From contig NZ_FUWS01000009.1 in assembly GCF_900167435.1 (NCBI RefSeq), positions 203,836-227,835 on the forward strand: a stretch of 24,000 nucleotides of DNA, given 5' to 3'. The translations under genes were made by a program, and so were the position numbers. The stretch is from Marinactinospora thermotolerans DSM 45154. GTDB taxonomy: Bacteria > Actinomycetota > Actinomycetes > Streptosporangiales > Streptosporangiaceae. Positions within the stretch are counted from its first letter, which is position 1, and each line of letters opens with the position of its first letter. Under the pieces are notes generated by a model. That model searched no databases. It saw only the letters and a list, made by a program, of their open reading frames with translations, and was not told the DNA's origin. This document shows, in pieces, positions 22,679 through 24,000 of the stretch.

Positions 22679-23002
22679 GTATGCTAGTAAGGCGACGCGG
22701 TTCGCGGCTGCCACCCGATGGGCATCGGGCCATCGCTCCGGCGGGGGTTTCAACCGGGGCGGTGCGACGGGGGAGACCCCCGGGGGTACCCGATACACGA
22801 ACCGTGCGCTGTGACCTGCCCGGTTACTGACAGTTACTTTGTATTCCGTCCAAATCTTGACCAGCGCCTCACGCGGTGAGACTCTGGAAGGCAAACCGCA
22901 CGCCTTTCTGACCGCGACACGGCCATGAAGTCCCGGCCGTTGGTCTCGCGGATCCACGTGCGTTGATCCGTGTCTGGTCACTCAATGTGGAGGACCCACA
23001 TC

Positions 23003-23197
23003 ATGGCGAAGGCTCTGTTCGGCCACGTCGGAGGTCCTGATCCTCGCATGGTTCAGGAGATGCGGCGTCTGCAGAAGCGGGTACGCGACCTTGAGGACGA
23101 GGTCGGCCGGCTCCAGGCCCAAAACGACCAGCTCTCGGCTGCTGCCACTGACGTCTCGGTCAGGGCGACGGCCGATCGCGAGCCGGCTCTGGCCTGA
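23003..23197 (+). CDS. Hypothetical 64-aa protein with leucine-zipper-like heptads
   Basis: ATG 23003 lies 8 nt after GGAGGA (22989-22994), inside track ORF 22970-23197. MAKALFGHVGGPDPRMVQEMRRLQKRVRDLEDEVGRLQAQNDQLSAAATDVSVRATADREPALA. Leu occurs at residues 23/30/37/44 and Val at 27/34. By hand count 16 of 64 codons end in A/T, which is atypical for this window, so coding status is not certain. Confidence 0.5.
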   Translation: MAKALFGHVGGPDPRMVQEMRRLQKRVRDLEDEVGRLQAQNDQLSAAATDVSVRATADREPALA

Positions 23198-23239
23198 CGT
23201 CTCCGGCGTTCACCCGCGCTACTGACGAGAACACCTGCA

Positions 23240-23271
23240 AGGGACGCCCCCGGGAACTTTTCGGCGTCCCT
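23240..23271 (+). terminator. 9-bp stem with 14-nt loop, downstream of the small zipper ORF
   Basis: AGGGACGCC ... GGCGTCCCT, all nine pairs checked. The loop contains a TTTT run and no trailing U-tract follows. Confidence 0.35.
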
Positions 23272-23413
23272 GAGCGGCCGGTGAAGGAAAAGCACTCCTT
23301 CCCGCCTGACGTTTCGATCGGATTCACCGGGGATTTACCCCAAGATCTTTTCCGGCAATCCTCGGAGATCCCGCGGAAACGGCTCCACAGGGTCACACAC
23401 GTGGAGCCGTCCG

Positions 23414-23443
23414 CCCCGCCGCCCCTTACCCTCCTCCCGCCCC
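23414..23443 (-). other. G-quadruplex-forming motif (C-tracts on the smc sense strand)
   Basis: The plus strand has five C3-4 runs (23414-17, 23422-25, 23429-31, 23436-38, 23440-43) separated by loops of 4, 3, 4 and 1 nt. This meets the G3+N1-7 x4 rule on the minus strand. Confidence 0.4.
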
Positions 23444-23557
23444 GCCGGGGGGCATCGCGTGGCGCTCGCCCCACCCGATCGGTGATGCGGCACCGAGTCC
23501 TCCCAGTTCGTGGCACCCTTACCAGGGAAGTCGCGAGTGGAGGAGGGAGACCGCGCC

Positions 23558-24000
23558 GTGTACCTGAAGAACCTCACACTGCGCGGGTTCAAGTCGTTCG
23601 CCTCGGCGACCACGCTGCGCTTCGAACCCGGCATCACCTGTGTGGTCGGCCCCAACGGATCGGGCAAGTCCAACGTCGTCGACGCCCTGGCCTGGGTCAT
23701 GGGGGAGCAGGGCGCCAAGTCGCTGCGTGGCGGCAAGATGGAGGACGTCATCTTCGCGGGCACCTCCTCGCGCGCGCCGCTGGGTCGGGCCGAGGTCAGC
23801 CTCACGATCGACAACAGCGACGGGGCCCTGCCCATCGACTACACCGAGGTCACGATCCGGCGGACCCTGTTTCGCAACGGCGGCTCCGAGTACGCCATCA
23901 ACGGCGACACCTGCCGCCTCCTCGACATCCAGGACCTGCTCAGCGACTCCGGCATCGGCCGCGAGATGCACGTCATCGTGGGCCAGGGGCAGCTCGACAC
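23558..24000 (+). CDS. smc: Chromosome segregation protein SMC, N-terminal part (runs off the window)
   Basis: Not in the ORF track because no stop falls in the window. GTG 23558 is preceded by GGAGGAGGGA (23539-23548). (M)[69 protein letters not shown].. is the canonical SMC head with Walker A. Confidence 0.93.
   Translation, partial: MYLKNLTLRGFKSFASATTLRFEPGITCVVGPNGSGKSNVVDALAWVMGEQGAKSLRGGKMEDVIFAGTSSRAPLGRAEVSLTIDNSDGALPIDYTEVTIRRTLFRNGGSEYAINGDTCRLLDIQDLLSDSGIGREMHVIVGQGQLD

Noticed and set aside
22691-22760. tRNA-like GGTTCG T-arm motif and hairpins after acyP
   Set aside because: No cloverleaf can be drawn: there is no acceptor stem, anticodon arm or D-arm consensus. The hairpins (CCCGA-TGGGCA-TCGGG; GGGGG-AGA-CCCCC) are more simply acyP termination structures.
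22718-22879. 53-codon plus-strand ORF (MGIGPSLRRGFQPGRC..) in the lower-GC spacer
   Set aside because: It has no Shine-Dalgarno sequence, many rare A/T-ending codons (ATA, TTT, GTA, AAT, AGT) and no recognisable motif, and it runs through the repeat/promoter-like region.
23511-23526. Sigma-54-like TGGCAC-N5 element upstream of smc
   Set aside because: The -12 element is TACC rather than TTGC, and actinobacteria generally lack RpoN. This is a chance match.
1-24000. CRISPR arrays, IS elements, integrases, tRNA/rRNA genes, toxin-antitoxin or other defence modules
   Set aside because: No regularly spaced repeats, terminal inverted repeats with transposase, phage-like genes or small paired ORFs were found. 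Every large ORF is accounted for by a housekeeping or respiratory function.

Overview
High-GC actinobacterial chromosome segment made almost entirely of core housekeeping genes, in the familiar neighbourhood gpsA - ddl - thiL - rpmB - recG - rsmD - coaD - yceD - rpmF - rnc - mutM - acyP - smc. rpmF and the 5' end of smc are missing from the ORF track; I found them by reading the sequence. Three gene sets interrupt this synteny. (1) A trans-sulfuration-type PLP enzyme sits between gpsA and ddl. (2) About 9 kb sits between ddl and the DUF3515/AsnC/thiL group: a minus-strand run of cydA-cydB-cydD-cydC (cytochrome bd oxidase plus the CydDC thiol exporter), then an EI24/CysZ-like membrane protein and a MarR regulator, and beside them a divergent DUF305/DUF3105 pair of membrane-anchored His-rich proteins. 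(3) A membrane-anchored protein with a degenerate CBM2-like domain sits between thiL and rpmB. I see no rRNA or tRNA genes, CRISPR array, transposase, integrase, toxin-antitoxin pair or recognisable defence system, and I cannot honestly claim a new multi-gene system here. The long antisense or alternate-frame ORFs in the track are typical high-GC artefacts. The items most worth a second look are mostly non-coding and regulatory: three 15-bp-phased GTAG-NN-CTAC palindromes over the predicted cydA promoter, where no Rex or CRP box is present; a near-consensus DasR/HutC-type GGTCTAGACC palindrome just upstream of thiL; a tandemly duplicated hairpin plus Shine-Dalgarno module in the yceD-rpmF spacer; long structured leaders upstream of rpmB and the CBM2-like gene; and a lower-GC ~0.9 kb stretch upstream of smc that carries a 64-codon leucine-zipper ORF and a C-tract (G4/i-motif) element. 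All family assignments come from motif recognition by eye, and no database search was run.
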